This document shows positions 47,601 through 57,457 of a DNA stretch of 64,000 nucleotides, one piece after another (position 1 is the first letter of the stretch; each line of letters opens with the position of its first letter). The translations under genes were made by a program, and so were the position numbers. The stretch spans positions 86,648 to 150,647 of the forward strand of contig JAFGXI010000009.1 of the NCBI GenBank assembly GCA_016936665.1. Reading direction: 5' to 3'. The notes beneath the pieces are model-generated. The model worked only from the letters and a program-made list of their open reading frames with translations. It searched no databases and was not told the origin of the DNA. The DNA is from Bacteroidales bacterium (GTDB lineage Bacteria; Bacteroidota; Bacteroidia; Bacteroidales; JAFGXI01).

Positions 47601-48146
47601 CTATTTCTCCTTAATGTATGTTTCGTAAAATGCAATTCTTGCTTTTCGGTTAGCGACTGCATCTTCTTTTGGGTTTCCGGTATTGATAATTCTAGGATAG
47701 TTAGGATGGTTTACAGCCCATTTTTCCAAGGCCATTTTGTAAGCTTTAGCATCAGCTTCACTTTCTGCTTTAGGCTTCTTTGGTTTGGAAGGATACTCAA
47801 GAATAGGATTTTTTATTTGATCGATAAACAACTTCCATTCTTGATAAGTAAATACTTTTAAATCTTCGGCAAAGTTGGGATTCGATTTATTCCACTCTTT
47901 TATTAATCGTGTTTTTTGATAATCTTCTATATCTTCGGAAAACAAAAACTCATCAGGATAATTTTTATACTGAACCAAATAATGATAAACTTCTGATCGA
48001 AATTTTAAATCATCAAATACTTGATTTCCTGTATTGTAATACTTTGGGTATGTAGCTTTTTGTGAATCTAAAGTCGCATTATTTTGAGCTAACGACCATA
48101 GGCTATAAAACGCCATTATCATCCCTAAAAGAACTCTCAATCTCAT
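47601..48146 (-). CDS. Small secreted hypothetical protein with a repeated P(K/R)..NTGN motif
   Basis: 181 aa with a signal peptide. Contains YPKYYNTGNQVFDD and YPRIINTGNPKEDA. Its stop lies 3 nt before the start of the 1971-aa gene. Confidence 0.5.
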   Translation of the reverse strand: MRLRVLLGMIMAFYSLWSLAQNNATLDSQKATYPKYYNTGNQVFDDLKFRSEVYHYLVQYKNYPDEFLFSEDIEDYQKTRLIKEWNKSNPNFAEDLKVFTYQEWKLFIDQIKNPILEYPSKPKKPKAESEADAKAYKMALEKWAVNHPNYPRIINTGNPKEDAVANRKARIAFYETYIKEK

Positions 48147-48373
48147 AGCACGTGTAGTTTGTGTTAATATCGCTTAAATTTAAAGGTTTTATCTAACATT
48201 ATCAATATGTTAATAAGATGTTAACACCTTTAAAGCTTCAATGCTCATGCGAAATTGGCTAATCAACGTATAATAGTGACAAAAAGGCTTAAACTAACGA
48301 CAAATTCTTTATGTTGCAAAACATGTATTTTGTTAATTATTGATGCCTTGATATTTATGCTCAGTTTTCAACT

Positions 48374-50866
48374 TTAGTCGAACGACATCTGAACTACAGT
48401 TATTCCTGCGCCTCCAAGTTCGAGCAAATCGTCGGAAAAGTTTTGTACACACTCGTGCGCTTTTAAGAGTTGTCGTATAGCTACTTTTAGGGCTCCGGTG
48501 CCGGTTCCGTGGAGTATTTTCAACGATTTTGTCTCGGTACTCACCGCATCGTCTAAGAATTTCTGAATAGACGCTAAAGCCTCATCTACTCTTTGCCCCC
48601 TAACATCGATATGAGCCGAAAAATGCAACTTTTTGGACATACTGTCGCTGAATACATTAATGTTTGTACTTGTTTTTGGTAGCAACTTTTTCTTAAACTC
48701 TGTATTGCTTACTAGGATAAGCTTGTTTAAATCGATTTGCATTTGCATTTGTCCAACCGAAATGGTTGCTTTTTTATGTTGCAATTCTAAAACTTCGCCG
48801 TAAGTATCACTATCTTTAATTCGTACTTTTGCACCGATTTGAATGATTTTGTCTTGTTCCTCTTTTTTGGGTGTCGACTGAGGAATAGTTCTTTTAGGTT
48901 TTTTTTCTTCCGTTCGTTTTCTTAGCTTTTCGATTTTCTTAAGTAACTGATCTTCGTTTTCGGCTTGTTTTTTAGCCAAAATTTCTTCCTTAAATTCATC
49001 AAATTCTTTACGAATAGCTTTGGTTTGTTCTTTTTCGGCTTGTGCTTGTTTAATATCTCTAATGGTCTGTTCTACTTTTTTATTTACTTCGTCCAGAATC
49101 GCTTTAGCTTCTTGTTGTGCTTCTTTTAATGCTAGCTTTTTACTTTTTTCGAGCTGTTCTTTTGTAATGGTCAATTCCTCTACTAAACGATCCATTTCTT
49201 TTTCGTTCTGACGGATTTTCGCTCTTTTATCGCTCCAATATTTTTTATCGCGAAGTACTTCCCTTAAGTGTTTATCGAAGTCGACTTGCTCGTGACCTAC
49301 TTTTTCGGATGCCGACAGTAGAACTTCTTCGGGCAAACCTATTTTTCTTGCCATTTCGAATGCAAAAGAACTTCCGGCTTGATTTAATTCGAGTTCGTAC
49401 AAAGGTTGCATTTTTTGGTGATCGAACAACATGGCTGCATTAACCAATCCAACCCTCGAAACGGCTATATGTTTTAAATTTGAGTAATGTGTTGTGATGA
49501 CCCCATACACTCCGATATCGCTTAGTTTTTCGAGCACAGCTTCGGCAATAGCCCCCCCTAATATTGGCTCTGTTCCTGTTCCAAATTCGTCGATTAAAAT
49601 TAAAGTAGAGGAGTCGCCAAATTTTAAGAAATGTTTCATATTAAGCAAATGAGAGCTATAAGTACTCAAGTCGTTATCCATCGATTGCTGATCGCCAATA
49701 TCGATAAATATTTTGTTGAAAATACCCATTTCTGTAGCTCCACCAACTGGTAACAGATAAGCATATTGTAGCATTAATTGAAGTAAACCAACAGTTTTCA
49801 AAGCCACCGATTTTCCTCCTGCATTTGGGCCCGAAATAACTACTAAGTTCTGATTTTGTTCGAGTCTCAAATTTAATGGAACCACTTCTCGTGATTGTTT
49901 TTGAAATGTCATCCATAAAATAGGATGTCTGGCTTTTTGCAAACGGATATTTGGTTGCTCGTAAATAGCGGGTTTTATTGCCTCCATTTCAAAAGCAAGT
50001 TTGGCTTTGGCGTTGTACAAATCGAGCCATGCTATTAGATCGTAAGCTTGAATTAAGTCGTCGGCATAAGGGCGAATTTTATCGGTTAAATCAGCTAAAA
50101 TTGCATCTATTTCGATGCTTTCTCTTCGTTCAAGCTCAACAATCTCGTTGTTTAACTGAATAACCTCTTGTGGTTCAATATAAGCTGTTTTGCCAGTTGC
50201 CGACACATCGTGAACCCAACCATTGATTTTTCTTTTATGTTGAGAATCTATAGGAATGAGTAAACGACCATTGACAATCGTTACCGATAAATCGGCTTCT
50301 AGCCAGCCCGATTGTTTAACTTTAGAATAAACTCGATGTATAGTGGTACTTACTTCTGCCTGTCTAACTCTGAGCGCTTTTCTAATTGATTGTAATTCTT
50401 GCGAAGCATTATCTTTAATTTCGCCTTTTTTCGAAAGGACGCGTTGTATCTGCTCGCTCACATATGCATGTAGCACTAGACCTTTTAGAAAATCTTTAAG
50501 TTGATGATAAGTTTGCATAGACTCATGTTCCATGGCCTGTTGTACAGATTTTCCTACCTCCAAGAAGGTCTTTAAGCTAAGCAAGTCCTCGATATCCATA
50601 TATGCGTTATCGACCTTGAGTTTCTGAAATAAACGATTTAAAGGTTCGAAATGTGACAATGGGAAATTTTGATTTAGAGTTCGAATAGCTCTAAGCTCGT
50701 CGATCATTTGTAAAACTTTTAGCAACTCGTCTAATTGAGTGTAAAAGGGCATTTGTGCAATTTTTTCTTGGCCAGCAAAAGTTAAACATCGTTTAATGGT
50801 CCATTGCCTTATTTGGTCGAAGCCTAAACGTTCTTCAATATTATCGGGGTATTGCGTTATCATCAT
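48374..50866 (-). CDS. mutS2: Endonuclease MutS2 (MutS domain V plus Smr)
   Basis: 830 aa. Walker A GPNAGGKS, a central K/E-rich coiled coil, and a C-terminal Smr domain (IDVRGQRVDEAL...LKILHGTGTGALK). Confidence 0.9.
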   Translation of the reverse strand: MMITQYPDNIEERLGFDQIRQWTIKRCLTFAGQEKIAQMPFYTQLDELLKVLQMIDELRAIRTLNQNFPLSHFEPLNRLFQKLKVDNAYMDIEDLLSLKTFLEVGKSVQQAMEHESMQTYHQLKDFLKGLVLHAYVSEQIQRVLSKKGEIKDNASQELQSIRKALRVRQAEVSTTIHRVYSKVKQSGWLEADLSVTIVNGRLLIPIDSQHKRKINGWVHDVSATGKTAYIEPQEVIQLNNEIVELERRESIEIDAILADLTDKIRPYADDLIQAYDLIAWLDLYNAKAKLAFEMEAIKPAIYEQPNIRLQKARHPILWMTFQKQSREVVPLNLRLEQNQNLVVISGPNAGGKSVALKTVGLLQLMLQYAYLLPVGGATEMGIFNKIFIDIGDQQSMDNDLSTYSSHLLNMKHFLKFGDSSTLILIDEFGTGTEPILGGAIAEAVLEKLSDIGVYGVITTHYSNLKHIAVSRVGLVNAAMLFDHQKMQPLYELELNQAGSSFAFEMARKIGLPEEVLLSASEKVGHEQVDFDKHLREVLRDKKYWSDKRAKIRQNEKEMDRLVEELTITKEQLEKSKKLALKEAQQEAKAILDEVNKKVEQTIRDIKQAQAEKEQTKAIRKEFDEFKEEILAKKQAENEDQLLKKIEKLRKRTEEKKPKRTIPQSTPKKEEQDKIIQIGAKVRIKDSDTYGEVLELQHKKATISVGQMQMQIDLNKLILVSNTEFKKKLLPKTSTNINVFSDSMSKKLHFSAHIDVRGQRVDEALASIQKFLDDAVSTETKSLKILHGTGTGALKVAIRQLLKAHECVQNFSDDLLELGGAGITVVQMSFD

Positions 50867-50964
50867 TCTATTGCAAATTTAAGGATTTTCTTCGATTACA
50901 GATGATAATGATTTTGAACGCAATATTTTAGAGTATTATTTTAATTTTTCTCGAAATATATCTT

Positions 50965-50972
50965 TAAATTTG
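50965..50972 (+). promoter_or_regulatory. -7 promoter box (TAAATTTG) for tRNA-Leu
   Basis: TAnnTTTG match ending 11 nt before the tRNA 5' end. Confidence 0.45.
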
Positions 50973-50983
50973 CAATCCCTTTT

Positions 50984-51067
50984 GCCCAGGTGGTGGAATT
51001 GGTAGACACGCCAGCTTGAGGGGCTGGTGGCCATTAGGCCGTGCAAGTTCGAGTCTTGTTCTGGGCA
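50984..51067 (+). tRNA. tRNA-Leu (anticodon GAG)
   Basis: Acceptor stem GCCCAGG / TCTGGGC. D-arm GGAATTGGTAGAC. Anticodon stem-loop CCAGC-TTGAGGG-GCTGG. A long variable arm (class II) and a T-arm GTTCGAGTC. Discriminator A. No encoded CCA. Confidence 0.9.
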
Positions 51068-51077
51068 CAAAAAAACT

Positions 51078-51107
51078 CCCGATTGATTTATCTCAGTCGG
51101 GTTTTTT
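51078..51107 (+). terminator. Rho-independent terminator after tRNA-Leu
   Basis: CCCGATTGA-tttatc-TCAGTCGGG hairpin followed by TTTTTT. Confidence 0.75.
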
Positions 51108-51233
51108 GTTTTATATTTAATTAATATAACCCGTTGTGCATTTAGCAATTAGAATCTTATCTGTGAATAAATTGCAATCTTTACTGTCCTGTTGTTTTTA
51201 ACAGAATCTATACCTTTGTGTAAAATTGTACTC

Positions 51234-53522
51234 ATGTCTCAATCAATTGCAGATCATTTAAATCATATACAACAAGAAGCCGTTGCTACTTTAAAAGGCC
51301 CCACATTAATTGTAGCCGGAGCCGGTTCGGGTAAAACTAGGGTGTTAACCTATAAAATCGCCAATTTATTGTACCAAAGTATACCCGCCTATCAGATATT
51401 AGCTTTAACCTTTACCAATAAAGCGGCAGGAGAAATGAAGCAAAGAATAGGCAGTGTAGTAGGACAAGACAAAGCCGCTCAGCTTTGGATGGGGACTTTT
51501 CATTCCATATTTGCTAAAATTTTACGTTTCGAATCGCAGCACTTAGGCTATTCATCCAGATTTACGATCTACGATACCGACGATGCAAAAAGTCTTTTAC
51601 GTTCGATTGTAAAGCAGCTAGGTTTAAAAAAAGATCAATACCCAGAAGGTGAACTTCTGAATAAAATTTCTTCGGCCAAGAACAATCTTATAACTGCTAA
51701 CGCATACATGGGTATAGATTCTTACATGAAGCGTGACGAAGCACAGCGAAAACCGGAAACTTTTCGCATGTACCAAATGTACGAGCAAAAATGCAAACAG
51801 GCCGATGCTATGGATTTTGACGATTTATTGCTCAAAACCAACCTACTGTTCCGCGATTTCCCTGAAATATTACAAAAATACCAAGAGCGCTTTCGTTTTG
51901 TCTTAGTCGATGAGTATCAAGACACCAACTACGCTCAGTATTTAATTGTAAAAAAGTTGTCTGCTTTGCACAAAAATATAACTGTAGTGGGCGACGATGC
52001 TCAAAGTATTTACGCCTTTCGTGGCGCTAAAATTGAAAATATACTCAACTTTAAAAACGATTATCCTGAGCATAAAATTTTCAAACTAGAACAAAATTAT
52101 CGTTCGACACAAAACATTGTCAATGCGGCCAATGCAATCATCAAAAACAATCAAAAACAGATCGAAAAAAACCTATTTTCCACAAATGATTTAGGAGAGC
52201 TGGTTCAAGTTAAAAAAGTAAATACAGATACCGAAGAAGGTTTTGTTGTTGCGCAAAATATTGCCGAACAAAGAATGGCTAAACAGCTTAATTACTCGGA
52301 CTTTGCTATTCTTTACCGAACCAATATGCAATCGAGAATAATGGAAGAGGCTTTGCGAAAAAAGAACATTCCTTATAAAATATATGGTGGCTTTTCGTTC
52401 TATCAGCGTAAAGAGATTAAAGATTTACTGGCCTACTTTAGAGTTGTGACAAATCCAAAAGATAACGAAGCTGTAAAACGAATAATTAACTATCCGGCAC
52501 GAGGTATTGGTAAAACAACCATCGATAAACTAGAAGCAGTTGCTAATGCAAGTCAAATGTCGATTTGGGAAGTTTGTACCCGAGCACAAGAGTTAAACGA
52601 TATAAACCAAGGAACAAAATCGAAATTGTTAGGTTTCGTATCGTTAATCACCAGTTTTATCGAAAAATCTGAAGAAGAAGATGCCTACCAAGTGGCCAAT
52701 TATATTGCGAATAATACCGGAATACTAAAACAGTTGCACGAAGAAAATACACCGGAGGCCGTCAGCCAACACGAAAATATTTTGGAACTGCTTAACGGGA
52801 TAAAAGATTATGCAGCGATTTTAGCAAAAGAGGAGGAATTAGAAGTGCTAACCCTCGACAGATATCTAGAAAATATTGCCTTAATGACTTCTCAAGACAA
52901 CGAAAAAGAAGAGGATTTCGATAAAGTTACTTTAATGACCATCCACTCGGCTAAAGGCTTAGAATACAAAAGTGTTCATATTGTAGGAGTAGAGCAAGAT
53001 TTATTTCCTTCGATGATGGCTAAAAACCATCCGCTGGATTTAGAAGAAGAGCGCCGTCTTTTCTATGTGGCTATGACTCGCGCCGAGCACTATCTGACCA
53101 TTAGTTATGCCATGAACCGCATGAAATATGGTCAGTTTAACAACACCGGGCCAAGTATGTTTATTCATGAATTGAACGAAGAATTTGTGAATTTACCGGA
53201 ACAGCAATCGTTTGGCAAATTTCAGAAAAACCAATCATTTTTTAATTCAAAGCCTCAGTTTAACAGCGGTTCCGGCTTGTCGAACACATCGTTTAGAAGA
53301 GGTAAATTAAAATCTGTTAGTACCGCTAGCGGAACTGATTTTAAAGCAAGTCCGGCATCCGAGCTAAAAGCAGGTATGCGTGTAGAACACGAACGATTTG
53401 GGCAAGGTAAAATCTTGCAAATCTCGCAAAATGCAGGTAACTTGGTTGCCACTGTTTTTTTTGAAGGCAGTGGGCAAAAACAACTATTGCTTAAATTTGC
53501 TAAACTGAAACGTTTAGATTAA
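51234..53522 (+). CDS. UvrD/PcrA/Rep-family ATP-dependent DNA helicase
   Basis: Walker A AGAGSGKT, DEYQDTN, QNYRST and a TIHSAKGLEY motif. I moved the start to the ATG at 51234 (MSQSIADHLN). Confidence 0.9.
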   Translation: MSQSIADHLNHIQQEAVATLKGPTLIVAGAGSGKTRVLTYKIANLLYQSIPAYQILALTFTNKAAGEMKQRIGSVVGQDKAAQLWMGTFHSIFAKILRFESQHLGYSSRFTIYDTDDAKSLLRSIVKQLGLKKDQYPEGELLNKISSAKNNLITANAYMGIDSYMKRDEAQRKPETFRMYQMYEQKCKQADAMDFDDLLLKTNLLFRDFPEILQKYQERFRFVLVDEYQDTNYAQYLIVKKLSALHKNITVVGDDAQSIYAFRGAKIENILNFKNDYPEHKIFKLEQNYRSTQNIVNAANAIIKNNQKQIEKNLFSTNDLGELVQVKKVNTDTEEGFVVAQNIAEQRMAKQLNYSDFAILYRTNMQSRIMEEALRKKNIPYKIYGGFSFYQRKEIKDLLAYFRVVTNPKDNEAVKRIINYPARGIGKTTIDKLEAVANASQMSIWEVCTRAQELNDINQGTKSKLLGFVSLITSFIEKSEEEDAYQVANYIANNTGILKQLHEENTPEAVSQHENILELLNGIKDYAAILAKEEELEVLTLDRYLENIALMTSQDNEKEEDFDKVTLMTIHSAKGLEYKSVHIVGVEQDLFPSMMAKNHPLDLEEERRLFYVAMTRAEHYLTISYAMNRMKYGQFNNTGPSMFIHELNEEFVNLPEQQSFGKFQKNQSFFNSKPQFNSGSGLSNTSFRRGKLKSVSTASGTDFKASPASELKAGMRVEHERFGQGKILQISQNAGNLVATVFFEGSGQKQLLLKFAKLKRLD

Positions 53523-54013
53523 TGCCTTTCAGTATTTATTCCTTTTTCTTCGAATTGCTTAATCATTTTTTCGAATTGAACAGCCATGTAATGCGAGCTT
53601 AATTCAAAATCGAACTGATGCTTATTATTATCAGTTATAAATGCTATAAATTGACGATTATTCTTTACAGATAAGCCTTCATCAACAGTAAGCCCTCCGC
53701 TATATAAAATTTGATTTACTTCTGAAATAGGAATTTGTTCTATAATTTTCTTATTAACACCTATAATCGAAACGTTATTTCCATCTATTTCCATAGTTCG
53801 ACGACCAATTAAACCAGTGAGTTTATTTTTAAACTGCAAGATTGACGTAGCGATGATGAAATACAACAATAATATCAGGAGGCCAACATAATAAGGCCAC
53901 TTAACCCATGTACTCATAAAAACAGAAAGCGAAATTGCAACGATTGTGTATATAGAAAACAAACGTTTAATTCTGTAGTATTCCTGTCCTTCAATTAATT
54001 TAGCTTTAAACAT
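53519..54013 (-). CDS. Hypothetical membrane protein
   Basis: 164 aa with two predicted TM helices followed by a soluble domain. Confidence 0.45.
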   Translation of the reverse strand: MFKAKLIEGQEYYRIKRLFSIYTIVAISLSVFMSTWVKWPYYVGLLILLLYFIIATSILQFKNKLTGLIGRRTMEIDGNNVSIIGVNKKIIEQIPISEVNQILYSGGLTVDEGLSVKNNRQFIAFITDNNKHQFDFELSSHYMAVQFEKMIKQFEEKGINTERH

Positions 54014-54016
54014 TCT

Positions 54017-54532
54017 TTAAGCTTTTAAATTCAAATTTGAAATTCCTTCTTTAAATTTCCCTTGCTGTCCACTTCCGGGAAATGGAATCATAAAATCGTT
54101 TAGTATATTAAATCCTTTCGATTTCATAGTTTCGTAATTGACTTTAAAAACTCCCGAGCTTAACAAAACGAACTTTGTATTTGCTTTATAACGATCTAAA
54201 CGATTTAACAAATCTGCTTGATGTTCTAAAATAACAGCTTCTTTGTTTTTTGTTCCTTTAGGGATGGCGACTGAAACACTTTCTTCTAAAAAATAACCAG
54301 CCTCAGCAAAACGAAAAAGCATTTCCTCTTTGCGTTTTCTTAGTTCCTTGGTATCTATCTTTTCCAAATCTGGAAACACAGCTCTAATAACATGCAAAAA
54401 CAAGCTATCACCCTTTGGGACATCTTCAAAATAAAAAAAGTGTCCTTCTTTACAGGGTGGTGCTTCAGCTAAAAAAATAAGTTTTACTCGCTCCGGCCTG
54501 TATTTTTCGCGCGCTTCTTGAACTTTATTCAT
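54017..54532 (-). CDS. Hypothetical protein, with only a weak resemblance to UDG-fold proteins
   Basis: 171 aa. FLAEAPP and PFPGSGQQ resemble UDG-superfamily motifs A and B only loosely. There is a 4-nt ATGA overlap with the upstream dehydrogenase gene. Confidence 0.4.
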   Translation of the reverse strand: MNKVQEAREKYRPERVKLIFLAEAPPCKEGHFFYFEDVPKGDSLFLHVIRAVFPDLEKIDTKELRKRKEEMLFRFAEAGYFLEESVSVAIPKGTKNKEAVILEHQADLLNRLDRYKANTKFVLLSSGVFKVNYETMKSKGFNILNDFMIPFPGSGQQGKFKEGISNLNLKA

Positions 54533-55476
54533 GCTAAAATTTTAGTTTGATTTATAACTTTATCGGCCATCACTTTCGATAATTTATAATAGGCTTCGTC
54601 GGTCCAACCTGCAATGTGTGGGGTTAATATCACTTTATCCGAGTGCAGTAAGTATTGTAGTGGCTCCGGTGTCGATACAGCAAATAAAGATTCGAAAGTC
54701 GAATTTTCATATTCCAGTACATCTAAACAAGCGCCTGTTACCCGTCCGGCTTCGATCGATTTTACCAAATCGCCAGTATGCACACACTCCCCACGCGCAG
54801 TATTGATCAGAACAATTGGTTTTTTGAACTTGTTTAAGAAATAAGTATCCACCAAATAACGTGTTTCCTTAGTTAAAGGTACATGTAAAGATAAAATATC
54901 GGCCTCGTTAAAGACACGCGCCATATCTGCTTCTTCTACATAAGCATCCGAAAATCCGGTTTTATGTTTATCGTATGCTATGACCGATTTTGCAAAACAT
55001 GAAATCCTTTTTGCAAATGCTCCTCCCATATTCCCATAACCGATAATCCCCACAGTTTTATCGGATAATTCTGTGCCCCAGTTCGATTCTCTATCCCATT
55101 TCCCTTCCCTTAATTCTCGATGCGCTTTGGGTATTTTATTCAACAAATTCAGCAACATCCCAACAGCATGTTCCCCCACGGCGTCGCGGTTGCCTTCCGG
55201 CGAGTTTAAACAAACGACACCTTTGGTTTTGGCATATTCAACATCAATATTTTCTAATCCGGCACCTACTCTACCAATTATCTTAAGATGAACGCCTTTG
55301 TCGATTTCTTCTTTTAAAATTTTAAATTTTGAACGAATTATTAGTATCTGATAATCTGCAATTATTTTATCGAACTTTGTTTTTTCAATTTTCGGGAGAT
55401 AATCAAAATCAATGCCTGCCAACTTAAATTGTTGGAACAAAACATCGTGTACTTTATCAATAATCAATGCTTTCAT
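54529..55476 (-). CDS. D-isomer-specific 2-hydroxyacid dehydrogenase (SerA-like)
   Basis: NAD-binding GIIGYGNMGGAFAKR and a catalytic region LTPHIAGWT. The start is either 55476 (MKALIIDK) or 55500. Confidence 0.8.
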   Translation of the reverse strand: MKALIIDKVHDVLFQQFKLAGIDFDYLPKIEKTKFDKIIADYQILIIRSKFKILKEEIDKGVHLKIIGRVGAGLENIDVEYAKTKGVVCLNSPEGNRDAVGEHAVGMLLNLLNKIPKAHRELREGKWDRESNWGTELSDKTVGIIGYGNMGGAFAKRISCFAKSVIAYDKHKTGFSDAYVEEADMARVFNEADILSLHVPLTKETRYLVDTYFLNKFKKPIVLINTARGECVHTGDLVKSIEAGRVTGACLDVLEYENSTFESLFAVSTPEPLQYLLHSDKVILTPHIAGWTDEAYYKLSKVMADKVINQTKILA

Positions 55477-55542
55477 AAACCGTTCTGAAACTTTCTTCAA
55501 AACTAAGTATTAATAACTAAATAAGCCAAATAGAAGGTGAAG

Positions 55543-55576
55543 CAATCATGACAAAAAAAAGCAATCTATCAATTGA
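55543..55576 (-). terminator. Rho-independent terminator after the aspartase-fusion gene
   Basis: AAGCAATCT-loop-AGATTGCTT hairpin. The minus strand reads a U-run. Confidence 0.7.
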
Positions 55577-55606
55577 AAGATTGCTTTCTTATACCGTGTA
55601 TAGCGC

Positions 55607-57457
55607 CTAACTTAACATATGCGATTGAAGCATGTTTTCGGGCTTTAAAGCTTCTTCTAGCGCTTCTTTAGTCATTAAATTTTGTTCTAACACTAAATCG
55701 TACACGCTTCTGTTATCTTTTAAAGCTGTTTTAGCCAAGGATGAACAAATTTCGTAACCTAATATAGGGTTAAGTGCTGTTACAATTCCAATGCTATTGG
55801 CCACATATCCTTTACAAACTTCTTCGTTGGCAGTAATGCCGGAAACGCATTTGTAATTGAGAGTCTTCATGCCATTAATGAGCATATCAATATTTTCGAA
55901 TAAACTTTGAATAATTACCGGTTCCATAACATTCAACTCCAACTGCCCGGCTTCCGAAGCCAAATTAACAGTTAAATCGTTGCCTATCACTTTAAATGCG
56001 ATTTGATTCACCACTTCCGGAATCACCGGGTTTACTTTTCCGGGCATGATTGACGAGCCCGGTTGCATAGGAGGTAAATTTATTTCGTTAAATCCGGCAC
56101 GTGGCCCTGATGACAACAAACGTAAATCGTTCGATATTTTCGATAACTTAATCGCCAAGCGTTTAATGGCTGACGAGAACATAATAAATGCGCCTGTGTC
56201 TTGGGTAGCTTCTACTAAGTTTGATGCTAAGACAACATTCAAGCCTGTAATTTCTTTTAAATGGCGAGTCACCAAAGCACTGTATCTTGGGTCTGCATTG
56301 ATACCGGTTCCGATAGCAGTTGCTCCCATGTTTATTTCTAAGAACAAGTTTGCGTTTTGCTCGATGCGTTGAACTTCTTCTTCTAAAGTAACCGCCCAAG
56401 CTTCGAATTCCTGGCCAAGAGTCATAGGCACGGCATCTTGCAACTGAGTTCTTCCCATTTTAATAATGTGCGAAAACTCTTCTCCTTTTTTTCTGAAGGC
56501 TTGAATTAAATCTTCGAGCACCGGCAAAATCTTGGTTTTTGAATTAACCAATGCTATTTTTACTGATGTAGGATAGGCATCGTTTGTCGATTGCGATAAA
56601 TTAACATGATTGTTTGGATGGCAATATTCATATTCGCCTTTTTGATGTCCTAAAATTTCTAAGGCTCTATTAGCAATCACTTCATTAGCATTCATATTGG
56701 TAGAAGTTCCTGCTCCACCTTGAATCATATCTACAACAAAATGATAATGGTATTTACTGTCTGTAATTTCGTCGCAGGCTTGAACAATAGCATTTTTTAT
56801 TTCTTCTTTCAGTAAACCTAAATCGAAGTTGGCTAAAGCCGCGGCTTTTTTAACATATGCCAAAGCATCTATTATTAAAGGATAATAATTTAATGTGATG
56901 CCACTGATATTGAAATTTTCTACTGCTCGTAGAGTTTGTACTCCATAATATTGATCGTCGGGCACTTCGCGCTCGCCCAATAAATCGTGTTCCAACCTTG
57001 TTTTGCCAGATAAATATTGCCCTGCCGAATGAATCGATTTTGCGTTGGCGTAGCGCATTCTGCGCGAAATGACTTCGGATATAACAGAAAACACCTTCAG
57101 GGTGATAGCTCCGTTCTCGTGAAAAAATGTTTGTGCTAAAGAAAACACTTCCGATGGTTTTACAGCTTGTGCAGAGGTAGAATGTTTTACATCTTCTCCC
57201 AACGATCCCTCACCAAAGAAGTCGCCTGCATTAAAATTCACCAAACGATTTTCGTTGCCATAGCTGTCTTTTTTTGTTAATGTAACTTCGCCCGATTTTA
57301 AAATAAAGATGCGATCTCTCGGGCTGTCTTCTTTAAATAAAAAATCACCGGAGTTAAACTGGCACTCTTTAACACGTTCGGAAACCAATAAAAGTTCTGC
57401 AGGAGTAAGGCTCTTGAATAGTTCTACAGATTCAAGAAAAGCAATATTTTGTTTCAT
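55607..57457 (-). CDS. aspA: Cyclic-nucleotide-binding-like domain (aa ~5-135) fused to aspartate ammonia-lyase (aa ~152-616)
   Basis: N-terminus FKSLTPAELLLVSERVKECQFNSGDFLFKEDSPRDRIFILKSGEV...GDFFGEGSL, a cNMP/CAP effector-domain fold. The C-terminal part has TRLEHDLLGEREVPDDQYYGVQT and the fumarate-lyase signature GSSIMPGKVNP. Confidence 0.8.
   Translation of the reverse strand: MKQNIAFLESVELFKSLTPAELLLVSERVKECQFNSGDFLFKEDSPRDRIFILKSGEVTLTKKDSYGNENRLVNFNAGDFFGEGSLGEDVKHSTSAQAVKPSEVFSLAQTFFHENGAITLKVFSVISEVISRRMRYANAKSIHSAGQYLSGKTRLEHDLLGEREVPDDQYYGVQTLRAVENFNISGITLNYYPLIIDALAYVKKAAALANFDLGLLKEEIKNAIVQACDEITDSKYHYHFVVDMIQGGAGTSTNMNANEVIANRALEILGHQKGEYEYCHPNNHVNLSQSTNDAYPTSVKIALVNSKTKILPVLEDLIQAFRKKGEEFSHIIKMGRTQLQDAVPMTLGQEFEAWAVTLEEEVQRIEQNANLFLEINMGATAIGTGINADPRYSALVTRHLKEITGLNVVLASNLVEATQDTGAFIMFSSAIKRLAIKLSKISNDLRLLSSGPRAGFNEINLPPMQPGSSIMPGKVNPVIPEVVNQIAFKVIGNDLTVNLASEAGQLELNVMEPVIIQSLFENIDMLINGMKTLNYKCVSGITANEEVCKGYVANSIGIVTALNPILGYEICSSLAKTALKDNRSVYDLVLEQNLMTKEALEEALKPENMLQSHMLS

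Noticed and set aside
48179-48234. Imperfect ~55-bp palindrome (TTTAAAGGT ... TAACAT-tatcaat-ATGTTA ... ACCTTTAAA) in the 227-bp gap downstream of mutS2
   Set aside because: It is AT-rich with several mismatches and has no U-tract, so it could arise by chance at this base composition. It might be a weak terminator for mutS2 or an operator for the 181-aa gene, but I cannot support either.
50984-51067. tRNA-Leu as a possible integration site for a genomic island
   Set aside because: I saw no integrase, no recognisable direct repeat of the tRNA 3' end, and only housekeeping genes (mutS2, helicase) on both sides.
50936-51148. 70-aa minus-strand ORF from the track
   Set aside because: It lies antisense across tRNA-Leu and its terminator, and the translation is driven by the tRNA sequence. 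It is spurious.
54017-54532. Possible uracil-DNA-glycosylase-fold protein next to the helicase gene, considered as a DNA-repair or defence pair
   Set aside because: The motif resemblance (LAEAPP, PFPGSG) is weak. The gene is convergent to the helicase rather than co-oriented with it, and it is translationally coupled to a metabolic dehydrogenase instead.
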